Shown here in pieces: positions 22,043-32,259 of a DNA stretch of 64,000 bases; the first letter of the stretch is position 1; each line of letters begins with the position of its first letter. Under the pieces are notes generated by a model, which was not told where the DNA came from, made no database searches, and worked only from the letters and a program-made list of their open reading frames with translations. Location of the stretch: positions 608,001 to 672,000 of the forward strand of contig CBDAOC010000020.1 of NCBI GenBank assembly GCA_965197925.1. The letters are read 5' to 3'. Origin of the DNA: Nitrososphaerales archaeon. Its GTDB lineage: Archaea > Thermoproteota > Nitrososphaeria > Nitrososphaerales > UBA213. The position numbers were made by a program, and so were the translations under genes.

Positions 22043-22357
22043 TCACAAGCATGTTGGGTATGGGCATGCATCTAGGTCCACAAATGAGGATTCTACTGTG
22101 ACTTCACCAGAATCAATAATTGTTTTTAATTGCTGTAGATTTATACGCAAGTCCTTCATCACTTCATTAACATCTCCTATGCTGTTGTTGTTCTCTATAA
22201 GCCAATTCGATTTCAATCCCTCGTGGTAAAAATAGTCACCCTGATGTGCAGCAAAGGCGTTGGTCAAGATTCCTTGTGCTGCCATTCCTATCGCGCCCAG
22301 CAGTAACAATGTGAACATAGCGATTCTTGTCGGGTTTGTTTTTTGCATATATCTCAA
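22043..22357 (-). CDS. Hypothetical exported protein, possibly truncated
   Basis: Signal-peptide-like N-terminus ending NAFA; adjacent to an IS. Confidence 0.35.
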   Translation of the reverse strand: MRYMQKTNPTRIAMFTLLLLGAIGMAAQGILTNAFAAHQGDYFYHEGLKSNWLIENNNSIGDVNEVMKDLRINLQQLKTIIDSGEVTVESSFVDLDACPYPTCL

Positions 22358-22417
22358 TTGTTCTTGAAATTCATGACCTTTACGTGAAATGATTAAAGAG
22401 AATCTTGAATAGTTTAA

Positions 22418-23473
22418 GAGCCTATCCTAAAATTCTAGCTGATAGTTAATGATTGGTAGAAATGATAACATTTAGAATGCAAGAATATTAGTTCATACTG
22501 TCAGGTTTAGTTTTCTTACTATTGATATAATTAGTATTGTAGATAGTAGATACTAGAAACAGTTGCATTAACGTGTTTATGACACTACCAATATATCGCT
22601 CTATACACTATTAGGCAGTTAGCAAATTCTACTAGCGCCTGATAATTTTCCTCTCTCTTCTCGAACCTTACCAATAACTTTCTGAACCTGTTATGCCAAG
22701 ATGCGGTTCTTTCTACAACCCATCTCTTTGCTTTGTATAAATTCTTTTTCAACACTTCACCCTTATGACGAATGTGATCCACATATCCCCTTCCTAACTC
22801 CATATTTCATACTCCATACTCTATCTCTGGAAAATCATATCCTATTCATGCATATGTTCTGTTTAACTTTGGGCCTATCAACAACAATGCTATCTATTGT
22901 AGGAAAGGCTGATTTCATATCGTGTTTATTTGCTCCAGTAATTACAGATGAGAGAGGTACTCCTCTTCTATCAACCAGCATGTGACGTTTGGTACCTAGC
23001 TTGCCTCTATCCGTTGGGTTTGCTCCGGTCGTTTTCCCCCTAATGGGGCCTTCGGTACGCTATCCATGGATTGCCAGTCCCATCCCATGCTCTTTAATTC
23101 ATCATATATTTCCAGCAGCCTCTTCCATACCTTCTCGAATACTCCTATCCCAATCCATTCCTGAAATCTTGCATGGCAAGTTGAACCAGAACCAAATTCT
23201 TTAGATACCTTCTTCCACTGGCATCCAGTTCTTAATACATACAGTATTCCATTCAATACTTTTCTAAATGGCACAGCTGGCCTTCCAACTGTTCTTGCTG
23301 GTTTCTCTGGTAGCAACACTAGTTTGAACTCTTCCCATAGATTGTCTGGTATATGCCATATGGTCGGCATGCTCTTTTTCTTTGATTTTCTCACAAATTT
23401 AGCTAGAGAGGACAGATCTGGATCTGTTTCGGTATAAACAATTAGGCTATGATGTTAATTTTCGGATAAGCTC
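22418..23473 (-). mobile_element. IS5-family element, group B copy 2
   Basis: Nearly identical to 13717-14772 and the same length (1056 bp); TTAA on both flanks. Confidence 0.9.
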
Positions 23474-23563
23474 TTAATCAATCAGAGGCATCAAGTTGTT
23501 TTTGTTATATGGAATAATGCTCATGCCTTACATAGATAACTAATCATTAAGCACCTTACAAAG

Positions 23564-24148
23564 TTAATTCGTATCTAGGATCCAACCTTTACGAACCAGA
23601 TCCTTATCTTCCTGATCGCATACACCGGTTGCATATCTCCAAATGTCTTTTTCATTAGAACTGACCTCCTGCGTTATGTTTGCCAATGCCTCCTTTTCGT
23701 TCACTAGACCATTGATTTTGTCAGAGCAAGAATCACAGAATCGACATTTGTCATCTAATATTAATTCTTTTTTAGATTCTATCAATGGGTATGCTCTACA
23801 TGCTAATGGTCTGTGTTCGTATATACGGCATATATAACCCCCATGTGGTGAACGTTCGTCACTATTTCTATCTAAGAATGGACATAGATCTCCATCCCTG
23901 TTAACTCCCATTAGTTGATAAGCAATTATATTCTTCGGTCCTATCCTACCTCCTTTTCTAAACTTACTTCCTACTCCTATTCTGGGCAGTATCTTTATTG
24001 TTTTGCCCAGTTTTCTTGCAAATTGTTCTATTCCCTCCTTTTCTGAAGGTAATACTAGAACTCCTATCTTACCATATTTCTTGTCTGGGTAATATTCTCT
24101 ATTGATACAACAGTCAGAACAACCCTCTACACATCTAAACCGTTTCAT
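23564..24148 (-). CDS. YkgJ-family cysteine-cluster (zinc/iron-chelating) protein
   Basis: FRCVEGCSDCC, CPFL, CRIYEHRPLACRAYP. Confidence 0.85.
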   Translation of the reverse strand: MKRFRCVEGCSDCCINREYYPDKKYGKIGVLVLPSEKEGIEQFARKLGKTIKILPRIGVGSKFRKGGRIGPKNIIAYQLMGVNRDGDLCPFLDRNSDERSPHGGYICRIYEHRPLACRAYPLIESKKELILDDKCRFCDSCSDKINGLVNEKEALANITQEVSSNEKDIWRYATGVCDQEDKDLVRKGWILDTN

Positions 24149-24179
24149 GATTTCGAAAGAAGAAAAGTAAAATAAATTG

Positions 24180-24641
24180 TTATCCTTCCCAAGACAACAC
24201 TTTTTTAGAACGCCAAATGATGCTATCCTCCTCAATATCAGTGTCTTGCAGAAACTGAATGTTGCTAAGGTTCTTTCTATTCTTTAATATATGAAGGCTA
24301 TAAGAATCGCCCTTCGGTCGATATATAGCTAACCCAAGGAATGCATATCTCTTGTAACTCTCCTTAAATTTTCTATAATGATTTGACATGTTTAGAGTTT
24401 TTACAAATACCCAAGTATTATTGAGAATTCGCGTTTCGCAATACATAATGAAGTTATAGCTTTGATTGACTTCTACGAATCGTATACTAATCTCGTCGTC
24501 CATCCACCATCTTAGCACATCATGCCAGATTTTGGAAGCATCACTTCTATTTCTAAATAATAGTAAAAGTATAGTATAAGGGTCCTCAGATTTGTATCCC
24601 ATGCCCAGAAAATCACGATACCATGTTATACTTTGGCTCAA
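24180..24641 (-). CDS. Hypothetical protein
   Basis: 153-aa ORF co-oriented with the YkgJ gene; no motif recognised. Confidence 0.55.
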   Translation of the reverse strand: MSQSITWYRDFLGMGYKSEDPYTILLLLFRNRSDASKIWHDVLRWWMDDEISIRFVEVNQSYNFIMYCETRILNNTWVFVKTLNMSNHYRKFKESYKRYAFLGLAIYRPKGDSYSLHILKNRKNLSNIQFLQDTDIEEDSIIWRSKKVLSWEG

Positions 24642-24680
24642 TATGCCTCTTGAATAATTGCAACATATTTATTAATTGAA

Positions 24681-24734
24681 TAAGCGTTCCAAATCGTTCC
24701 TAAGGATTCCTAAAATATCCTAAAGGTTATATAA
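24681..24734 (+). promoter_or_regulatory. Five phased 10-bp repeats running into a TATA box
   Basis: taagcgttcc / aaatcgttcc / taaggattcc / taaaatatcc / taaaggttat, with ttatataa at 24727. Confidence 0.55.
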
Positions 24735-24787
24735 TGTAGTGTGTAAAAAAAGCAAAGGAGATTATCGTAAGTATAGGTGAAATCGAA

Positions 24788-25072
24788 TTGGTTATAACAT
24801 ATAGAAATGGGATTCAGATAGTAGGGGATGTTCTTAGGGTAACGAACGAATTTGGAATTAAGGGAATAAACGTTACACACCTTTTGAGAAAAGCAAATCT
24901 TTCCTACAATAGGCTTTCTAAAATTTCCAAACAGCTTATGAGTGCTGGTTTGCTTGAGGAAAAGGTAGAAGAGGGAAAGCGCCTATATCTTATAACAGAG
25001 AAGGGGAAGGAATATTTGGAGACATACGGCCAGTTCGAATCTATAGCTTCCTCTTTTGGTTTGGAACTGTAG
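24788..25072 (+). CDS. Winged-helix predicted transcriptional regulator
   Basis: YR..IQIVGDVL, LLRKANLSY, YLITEKGKEYL; paralogue of 31969..32259. Confidence 0.85.
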   Translation: MVITYRNGIQIVGDVLRVTNEFGIKGINVTHLLRKANLSYNRLSKISKQLMSAGLLEEKVEEGKRLYLITEKGKEYLETYGQFESIASSFGLEL

Positions 25073-26126
25073 TATGTTAAGTTGCAGTATCAGATACGAA
25101 GGAAAATACAATGTAAATTTCAATACAAAACGTGGATTTGTGGTAATAATTCTCGTTATTTCATTTCTATCACATCCTATGACTTTTTATCCTGTGAGTG
25201 TAGACGCTCAGCAGGTAAGTTTGATTGTTTCTGCCGCGGAAGACCCTGAGCAGAACAACACATTTTTTGGTCCACAAATAGTGCAGATAGTGATCAACGA
25301 TATCAATGCGAAAGATTCTGATACTAACACTGGAAGTTTGACTGTGAAGGGTAAATCGATGCAAAGAGTTCATCTAACTGATGGGCATTGGCACTCTTTC
25401 ATAGCAGAGAGGGATTCATTCTTGATATTCCTAGATATTATGACAGATGGTACTGGGGATAATAAGATAGCTGTAAGCGATACTGATGAGGCCGATAACA
25501 GGAATACTGTGGATTCAATGACAGTGGTATTTGAGCAAGCGGATAGCTTTGTTAGAGAGATCACAGAGGTTGATGGCAATCTATTCGTTGAGGTTGGAAA
25601 AAACGAAATCTTTCCTACACTGCCAGAACCCTTTACTACTGGTGCTGTAAATCCGGATCTTGATATAAACCCATCATCAGAACCCAATATCGACTGGCCT
25701 TACGTCAGACTCTTCAATATTCAGGAAACCGGAATCATTGATATCAAACATGATACAATTGTAAGTTTGGAGTACAATAGGTACTACAACGATATACATA
25801 CTGGTATGGATAGAGGTTCTTATCCTCTTGACGCCGATATAGTAATGAATTTCAAGGATTTCATGTGGAATATCAATCCTGTTGAAGAAGATGTTGTCAG
25901 ATTCATCCTTAACAAGAATACTGGAATACCTGACAAAATAATATACCAACCATTAAGGAACTTTGACCCTGCGAACGATGGACTTAACCTTTTTGATATT
26001 TTACCATCATTTTCACTTTTAGATTTTGATAATAGGCAGATGGTCCAAATTGATGGTATTGAAAACTTGAAGTATAAGAATTCCTTCGATTCTTCCATAC
26101 CCCTTTTCCTATTAGGTTTTGACTAA
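25056..26126 (+). CDS. Exported acidic protein resembling the N-terminus of thaumarchaeal S-layer-type proteins; probably truncated
   Basis: Hydrophobic signal segment, then LIVSAAED...FFGPQIVQIVIND...LTVKGK.MQRV...DGHW; ends before decayed DNA; true start uncertain. Confidence 0.5.
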   Translation: MVWNCSMLSCSIRYEGKYNVNFNTKRGFVVIILVISFLSHPMTFYPVSVDAQQVSLIVSAAEDPEQNNTFFGPQIVQIVINDINAKDSDTNTGSLTVKGKSMQRVHLTDGHWHSFIAERDSFLIFLDIMTDGTGDNKIAVSDTDEADNRNTVDSMTVVFEQADSFVREITEVDGNLFVEVGKNEIFPTLPEPFTTGAVNPDLDINPSSEPNIDWPYVRLFNIQETGIIDIKHDTIVSLEYNRYYNDIHTGMDRGSYPLDADIVMNFKDFMWNINPVEEDVVRFILNKNTGIPDKIIYQPLRNFDPANDGLNLFDILPSFSLLDFDNRQMVQIDGIENLKYKNSFDSSIPLFLLGFD

Positions 26127-26614
26127 GGAATCACGTCAATCAAAAATAATATACGAAGAAGTATGGAGTCTGAGCTAAACATATCAACAATAAAAACTAG
26201 AACCTGATCTTATCGTTTCGAACTAAATTACGCCCAAGCCTCACATATCTATGTAAATCAAGAGTGGTCTAAGTAGGTCAGAAGTAGTTAGCCATCTGAA
26301 TCTAAATTCCAAACACGCCGAATAGTTAGAAGCTTTAGCCATCTCAATAAAGAGAACAATAAACACATTGAAGGACTAGAGTCTCATACTCTTAACAATT
26401 TCAAGGAAAAATTGATTGAATTTGTCAACCATATTATTGAATGTATTAAGGCAGAGTTGGATTAACATTATGATTGAAAATCTAAGGATCCAATAGAAGA
26501 ATTTAGGATTATTGTTGAAATATTAATTGATGAACCCGCAGGAATGAAGTCTGTGATGGTGGATAATTATGAATCAGGAAAATAATGAAGGGAGAGAATT
26601 GGAATTGACAGTTG

Positions 26615-27800
26615 CGGAATTGAACCAGTGATAAAGGTAGGAGTAATGCATCGCTAGAATTGATGGAGATGTATGCCAAGGAAGCTATCAGTAATAAAAC
26701 AGAAGGATGATCAACTCATCTCAAAACCCTACAATACATCAAAAATGATGCAAGATTAACAAATGCCAGATAGTTTTCTGCCGTTCTTTCATACCTGGTT
26801 CTTGTTCTGTGAAATCCATTCTTGAGCCATGCAAGGAATCTCTCAACTACAAATCTTGTCTTGCTGTAATGTTTGCAATCATTATTTTGCAAGATGAACT
26901 TGGGATTTATTTTGTATGGGATGCAACATGCAATATTTCTATCCCACAAATACATTCTGATGTATTTTGCATCATTTTGTCTGCATAAACTGATTCTATC
27001 TGTTGTATTGAATCATCATCAAGATAGTCTGAAATTGATCCTGTAACATCCATGCATTTTGTACTGTCATGTTCATTTGCTGGACTCAACAGTATGGATA
27101 TTGGAAATCCGTTACTCTCTACTGCGGCATGTATTTTTGTACCTGTTATTCTCTTGAATCCATTATATCCAGTTACATTGCCCCTTTTTTATCAGGAATG
27201 GATGAAGAGTCAACTGATATTTGTAGATTAATTTTGCCAGATTTATGTGCTGAGTGAATAGTACGTGATAGAATCTTTTTCCAGATTCCTTTTTGTTGCC
27301 ATTTGTTTAACCTTCTGTTTGCAGTAGAATCATCACCATATCTTTTTGGCATATCGTCCCATCGGCATCCAGTAGTTAGAACATGGATTATTCCGTTAAT
27401 GATTTTTCTATCATAATCCCTAGACCTGCCAGTTTTTGCATGTGGTGGTATGTGTGATTCCATCATACTCCACTGTTTGTCTGATAATTCTTGGAATTTC
27501 ATAAAATAATTTTAGATGTCGCTATTCATAGATCTAAATGGCCGCTAAAAATTGTCTAAATGGTTAGTTTTGAGATGAGTTGGATCTTGATGCATGGAAG
27601 AAATATCATGAATATTTACACAGATGGATAGCCGAATCAGTTTTCTCTGCTATCAAGCGTATCCTTGGTGAACATGTAAAGGCAATAAGATGGAAGAATG
27701 TGGTGAAGGGACATGTTAAAAGCATCCATATACAATATATTCATTACAATGAATTCTAAAGGGGTTGGATACCTGTTAATATGATAATTATTCGACACAG
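26615..27800 (+). mobile_element. 3' remnant of an IS5-family group E element, itself interrupted by a group A IS
   Basis: Matches the reverse complement of about 41549-41860; ends in TIR attattcgacacag. Confidence 0.75.
26712..27582 (-). mobile_element. IS5-family element, group A copy 2
   Basis: 16-bp TIRs; GAT target duplication confirmed by the empty site in the 41.7 kb copy. Confidence 0.9.
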
Positions 27801-28097
27801 CAGGAAACAGTTTACACTTTTTTTATGCTAGTTCATGCAGAGCTATAGGTAATAAAGAAATTTGGTTATTTTTTGGAGTTTAGAAAACATAGATGATTGA
27901 TACCACTAGATAAAATGTTGGATTTTCAATATAGAACGAACTTATTTTTAGGGTGAAAGAATTGAACAGAAATATAATATTCAACAACCAAAACATAACC
28001 ACCCATGTGATTTTCTATACCTTTTACCATAGCTAACAATGATTATAGTACCTGTTGGATTACTCTCACACACGCCTCCATTCTAGAAATTCCAAAC

Positions 28098-28382
28098 TCA
28101 TTCAACCGCTAATATAGCATTACGTAACTCTGATACCCTTCCCCTTATAACATAATACATTTCTACTAGTTCCTCATCATTCATAGGTCTTTTATTCATT
28201 ACATTAAAGTAATTATAAAATCCTCCATGTATTTCCCCAACGGCTATACCTAGAGCAAAATCAATTTCGTCAATTATCAAAGGTCGGAATGATTGAGCTG
28301 ATACACGAAACATTTTAGCCTGCTGTATCGTATCAATTATCAATTGTTCCAGCGTTTCAAGTTGCTGTCTTGAAAGAGGCAT
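28098..28382 (-). CDS. Hypothetical protein
   Basis: 94-aa ORF with ATG and an upstream TATA-like tttatat. Confidence 0.6.
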   Translation of the reverse strand: MPLSRQQLETLEQLIIDTIQQAKMFRVSAQSFRPLIIDEIDFALGIAVGEIHGGFYNYFNVMNKRPMNDEELVEMYYVIRGRVSELRNAILAVE

Positions 28383-28436
28383 ACTAAAACAATTCTATCA
28401 AAATATAAAAATCATATTAGAAACATGTCTTACATA

Positions 28437-28508
28437 AGGTGGGGATGGGATTTGAACCCATATATACTCGCTCTGCAGGCGAGCGCATAGCCGCTCTGCC
28501 ACCCCACC
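28437..28508 (-). tRNA. tRNA-Cys(GCA)
   Basis: GGTGGGG/CCCCACC acceptor stem, anticodon arm CTCGC-CTGCAGA-GCGAG, T arm GGTTCAAATCC, U discriminator, no intron, CCA not encoded. Confidence 0.95.
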
Positions 28509-28547
28509 ATCTGCAACACTTTACTTTGCAATAATTTAAATCTACGA

Positions 28548-28772
28548 TTAAGAAATTCGTAAACCAGATTTAGCTGCTAGTTTTATGTCCTGAGCTTTAA
28601 CAGTCTTTCTGCCCGCATGAGATGCGAATTCAACTGCTTGCTTCGATATAGACGCACCTATTTCTTCAAGTACATCTCTCAACTCGCATACAGCGTCATC
28701 CCCAATCCTATCAGCACCTGATTTCTTCATAATTCTGTATATAGTTGCTAACCTGAATTCAGTTTCAGACAT
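28548..28772 (-). CDS. Archaeal histone
   Basis: RIMKKSGADRI and HAGRKTVKAQDI histone-fold motifs. Confidence 0.95.
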   Translation of the reverse strand: MSETEFRLATIYRIMKKSGADRIGDDAVCELRDVLEEIGASISKQAVEFASHAGRKTVKAQDIKLAAKSGLRIS

Positions 28773-28838
28773 ATAACATAATGCAAAGGAGGGCCGTAGT
28801 TAAAAAGTTTAAAAGTAAAATTTGTATTTTTTTAAATA

Positions 28839-29606
28839 ATGACCACATTTCTTGATGCTCATATTCATCTCACCGACAAAGAGTTTGGGAACCTCTTGCA
28901 ACCCACTTTGAATATTTTACGATCTTTGAATATGAAAGCAGTATCTGTCTCAGTGAACTTGGTTACAACAATACAAAATCTTGAACTTGCTTCTTCATAT
29001 GGAGATATTATTCTGCCATTCGTCGGCCTACACCCTTTGTACAATAATGAAAATACAGAACGCTTTGCCAATTTCATGTCTGAGAATGTAGAGAAGATTG
29101 CTGGGATTGGCGAGATAGGTCTAGATAAAAAATATATACCTAATAATGAGATGGAATACGGTAAACAAAAAAAAGTGTTTGAATATATGCTGGGATTAGC
29201 AGAACAATTCGGGAAACCCACCTCCATCCATTCTAGAGGTTGTGTTGATGATGTCCTAGATATCCTGCAGTCATACAATATTCAGGGTAATCTACTTCAC
29301 TGGTTTGCTGGGAGCAAGAAACAGCTAAGGATGGCAACAGATATGGGTTGTTACGTATCATATGGACCTGTCTTGGTATATTCTGAAGATAAGAGAAGTT
29401 TGCTCAGAGACACTCTCAAAGAACTGGTTCTAGTAGAGACCGATGGGCCGGTAAGGTATGGTAGATGCTTTCAGGACCAAGTTTCTCTACCATCGTTTCT
29501 TCCTAGTGTGGTATTTACGTTGGCTAAGACTTTAGGCTTAGATTATGATGATGCTTGCAACTTGTTGATGCAGAATTCACAAAAATATCTTAATCATGTA
29601 TTATAA
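28839..29606 (+). CDS. tatD: TatD family nuclease/hydrolase
   Basis: DAHIH, GLHP, IGEIGLD, IHSR, HWF, LVETDGP. Confidence 0.9.
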   Translation: MTTFLDAHIHLTDKEFGNLLQPTLNILRSLNMKAVSVSVNLVTTIQNLELASSYGDIILPFVGLHPLYNNENTERFANFMSENVEKIAGIGEIGLDKKYIPNNEMEYGKQKKVFEYMLGLAEQFGKPTSIHSRGCVDDVLDILQSYNIQGNLLHWFAGSKKQLRMATDMGCYVSYGPVLVYSEDKRSLLRDTLKELVLVETDGPVRYGRCFQDQVSLPSFLPSVVFTLAKTLGLDYDDACNLLMQNSQKYLNHVL

Positions 29607-29644
29607 AAAGGATAAAATAGGTATGAATCTGCAGTTGATACAAG

Positions 29645-29872
29645 ATGAATAGAATAAAACGTATTTCAATGCAGCTATTAGACTTACATAGAGACTTTTT
29701 TAGTGATGATTTTGAAAGAAATAAAGAAGTTCTAAACAAATTATCGATATTCAGATCAAAGCAATTAAAAAACGGTGTTGCTGGTTACATTGCAATTCAC
29801 ATGAAAGGTCAGAAGGAAAGATATGAAGAGAAGGAAGAGGAAAGTGCAGAAAGTGCAGATGTTAACAAGTAA
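29645..29872 (+). CDS. rps17e: Ribosomal protein S17e
   Basis: IKRIS..LL, FSDDFERNK, SKQLKN.VAGYI. Confidence 0.9.
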   Translation: MNRIKRISMQLLDLHRDFFSDDFERNKEVLNKLSIFRSKQLKNGVAGYIAIHMKGQKERYEEKEEESAESADVNK

Positions 29873-29875
29873 ATA

Positions 29876-30148
29876 TTGGTTATGATCATTATTAAATTTC
29901 TTGGAGGTGCAAAAAAAATTGTTGGAAAGGAGCAGATTTCGATTAAAGCAGAGAGTATAAGTGTAAACGAAATACTTATGATGCTACGCTCAATGTCTCC
30001 GAATTCCCATGTTTTAACTTCCACCAACATGCTGATAGTGGTTAATGGTGTGGAGTTATCATTGCTTGGTGGCCCCGGCGCGAAAGTCAGCAATGGCGAC
30101 ATTATTAGTATTGTACCAGTAGTTCATGGTGGTACAGTTGATTTATAA
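29876..30148 (+). CDS. MoaD/ThiS ubiquitin-like small modifier protein with a 4-residue tail after GG
   Basis: LIVVNGVE...GDIISIVPVVHGG-TVDL*. Confidence 0.8.
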   Translation: MVMIIIKFLGGAKKIVGKEQISIKAESISVNEILMMLRSMSPNSHVLTSTNMLIVVNGVELSLLGGPGAKVSNGDIISIVPVVHGGTVDL

Positions 30149-30679
30149 TTGAAAATAATAAAAATTGCAGATGAACATTTTTTGCTTTCCTGTATAAGAG
30201 ATTTAGAAATATGTGATGTTGAATCAACTCTGGACAGGTTACGGTCCGTGAATAAACATGTGGCAATACAGGCAGTTAATGCGGTTTTTATAGCTGGTAT
30301 ACAGCACGTTATAGGCATTCTCCAACAATCAGTGAGAGCAAAAAAACATGGGATACTACTTTCCAAAAAGATCGAGATTGATATTCTTCTCCGGCTTGCA
30401 TGTACCAACCAGATAGACAAAGCATTGACCAACATTGGTCTCAGAGATGGTACAAATAACATTCTTGTAATTGCAGCAGGAAGAATAAATTGTTTGAAGA
30501 TGATAAGAAGATACATTATAGCAAATTATGATATTGATGATAATATTCTAGTACAATCCAAAAGTAGGTTGAAATTCATTTCTACAGTTCACTCGATAGG
30601 CAAAACAGAACTAGATACACTAGTGTATGATGGTAATAAGCTCGCGTGCCTCCTAGTAGAACATGCTAGCCTTTTATGA
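30149..30679 (+). CDS. cgi121: KEOPS complex subunit Cgi121
   Basis: IQAVNA, EIDILLRLACTNQIDKAL..IG. Confidence 0.75.
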   Translation: MKIIKIADEHFLLSCIRDLEICDVESTLDRLRSVNKHVAIQAVNAVFIAGIQHVIGILQQSVRAKKHGILLSKKIEIDILLRLACTNQIDKALTNIGLRDGTNNILVIAAGRINCLKMIRRYIIANYDIDDNILVQSKSRLKFISTVHSIGKTELDTLVYDGNKLACLLVEHASLL

Positions 30680-31192
30680 CTCGCGTTTTATCTTTACAGC
30701 ACTAAAAATGTCTTCAGGTCTGATGACCGAGATTGCTGTATCTTCACCTATTATTTCAATCAATACAAGCCAGTCCTGTTGTCCCAAACTCACCTTTCGT
30801 TCTATTACACTCCCAACATTTCTTATTATATCATAAGATGCAAGATTACAATGTCTTTTTTCAATTAATATCCTGAAAGTTTCATGTTTTCCAATACGGG
30901 AGGAGAGTCTAGCTATCTCATTTTTCATAACGTCAATGTTCGTATTAACTACGATGTCAACTGGAATAACTCTTTGGACGTATCGCACATTCCATGGTTC
31001 ATCCAATACAATTTTTCTGATATGTCGGATAACTTTAATGGGTTCCAAACTAGTTTTCGCAGTAAGCAAACCCGACACTTTCGTACGTTCAGTATTTGGT
31101 CGTGTATCACCCATTTCGAATAACAACGAATCAAATTCTAAACTAGCTTCCCTCTCCATATGTCTAAAAGTTGTCACAATTAGATTAAACAT
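30674..31192 (-). CDS. THUMP-domain RNA-binding protein
   Basis: FNLIVTT.R..E, RVIPVD, TFRILIEKR, VLIEIIG. Confidence 0.85.
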   Translation of the reverse strand: MFNLIVTTFRHMEREASLEFDSLLFEMGDTRPNTERTKVSGLLTAKTSLEPIKVIRHIRKIVLDEPWNVRYVQRVIPVDIVVNTNIDVMKNEIARLSSRIGKHETFRILIEKRHCNLASYDIIRNVGSVIERKVSLGQQDWLVLIEIIGEDTAISVIRPEDIFSAVKIKRES

Positions 31193-31799
31193 TGTTCGCT
31201 AACACTTTTTCTATCTCTTTACGATCAATACATCCTTCCCTTAAAACAGTAATCTTTGGACAGTTGACTTTTAAGACCGTAGATTCAATGTTAGGAGTTT
31301 CACCAGAATCTAATAAAATATCGAAATCCAGGATCCCAATAGCTTCACGGGCATTCTTTGCCGGCGCAGAACCGGATCTGTTTGCACTAGTTCCTACAAG
31401 GACTCCACCACATTCACTGATTAGTTTGAGCGCACACGCATGATCAGGAATCCTAACACCGACGCTGTCTGTACCCCCCATGACCTTACTTGAAATTCCA
31501 CTGTCTGCTAATTCTACAATAAGAGTTAGTGCTCCTGGCCAGAATCTTTCCGCAAGTTTTTTGGCCAATTCATCAAACTTCCCTATCTTGCTTGCATGTC
31601 TAATAGATGAGCAAAGCAAGGGCATCGGTTTACTCACATCTCGACCCTTCAATTTCAGAAGGGAGTCAACTGCAGAATCGTTATACGGATCACATCCTAA
31701 CCCATAAACCGTATCAGTGGGGTAAATAATGGTATCACCTTTTCTTACTTTTGAAGCTGCAATTGTTATGTTCGAATCACTGCAATCAAGCCATAACAT
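31185..31799 (-). CDS. sua5: Threonylcarbamoyl-AMP synthase (Sua5/TsaC, YrdC domain)
   Basis: PTDTVYGLG, KGR, FWPGALT, VGVRIP, TSANRSG, LREG. Confidence 0.92.
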   Translation of the reverse strand: MLWLDCSDSNITIAASKVRKGDTIIYPTDTVYGLGCDPYNDSAVDSLLKLKGRDVSKPMPLLCSSIRHASKIGKFDELAKKLAERFWPGALTLIVELADSGISSKVMGGTDSVGVRIPDHACALKLISECGGVLVGTSANRSGSAPAKNAREAIGILDFDILLDSGETPNIESTVLKVNCPKITVLREGCIDRKEIEKVLANNV

Positions 31800-31850
31800 A
31801 CTAGTTTGAAACAAAATACTTATTAATAGATAGCTCGATTGGATCAAGCC

Positions 31851-31931
31851 ATGTCTGAAGAAGATGAATTTGAAAAAGATCTTGAAGAAGACCTTGAAGA
31901 GGATTTTGAAGACGAATCTGAAGACGAATAA
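31851..31931 (+). CDS. 26-aa hyperacidic peptide (not in the ORF track)
   Basis: MSEEDEFEKDLEEDLEEDFEDESEDE followed by TAA TAA; TATA-like ttattaata about 30 bp upstream. Confidence 0.5.
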   Translation: MSEEDEFEKDLEEDLEEDFEDESEDE

Positions 31932-31968
31932 TAATGTGTTGTGCTAACGGAGTTTCAAAAATCAATAT

Positions 31969-32259
31969 TTAGGTGCTCAACCCAAAAGATTCAACAAAAT
32001 CATGGAATTTCCCATAGGCCTGCAAGAACTCCACTCCCCTTTCACTTATTTTATATCTGCTTGCCTTTTCTTCGGGTAGCTCTTCCATCAATCCGGCATT
32101 AACAAGTCTCGTGAGGATCTTAGATATTCTTTTATAAGAAATATTTGCCTTTCTTATTAGAAAAGTTATATTCACTCCAGTTCCGCTATCACTGTAATCT
32201 CTAGCGGTGTTTAGAATATCAGCTATTATCTGAAAATGCGATCTATATACCACTGCCAA
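31969..32259 (-). CDS. Winged-helix predicted transcriptional regulator
   Basis: YRSHFQIIADIL, LIRKANISY, YKISERGVEFL. Confidence 0.85.
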   Translation of the reverse strand: MAVVYRSHFQIIADILNTARDYSDSGTGVNITFLIRKANISYKRISKILTRLVNAGLMEELPEEKASRYKISERGVEFLQAYGKFHDFVESFGLST

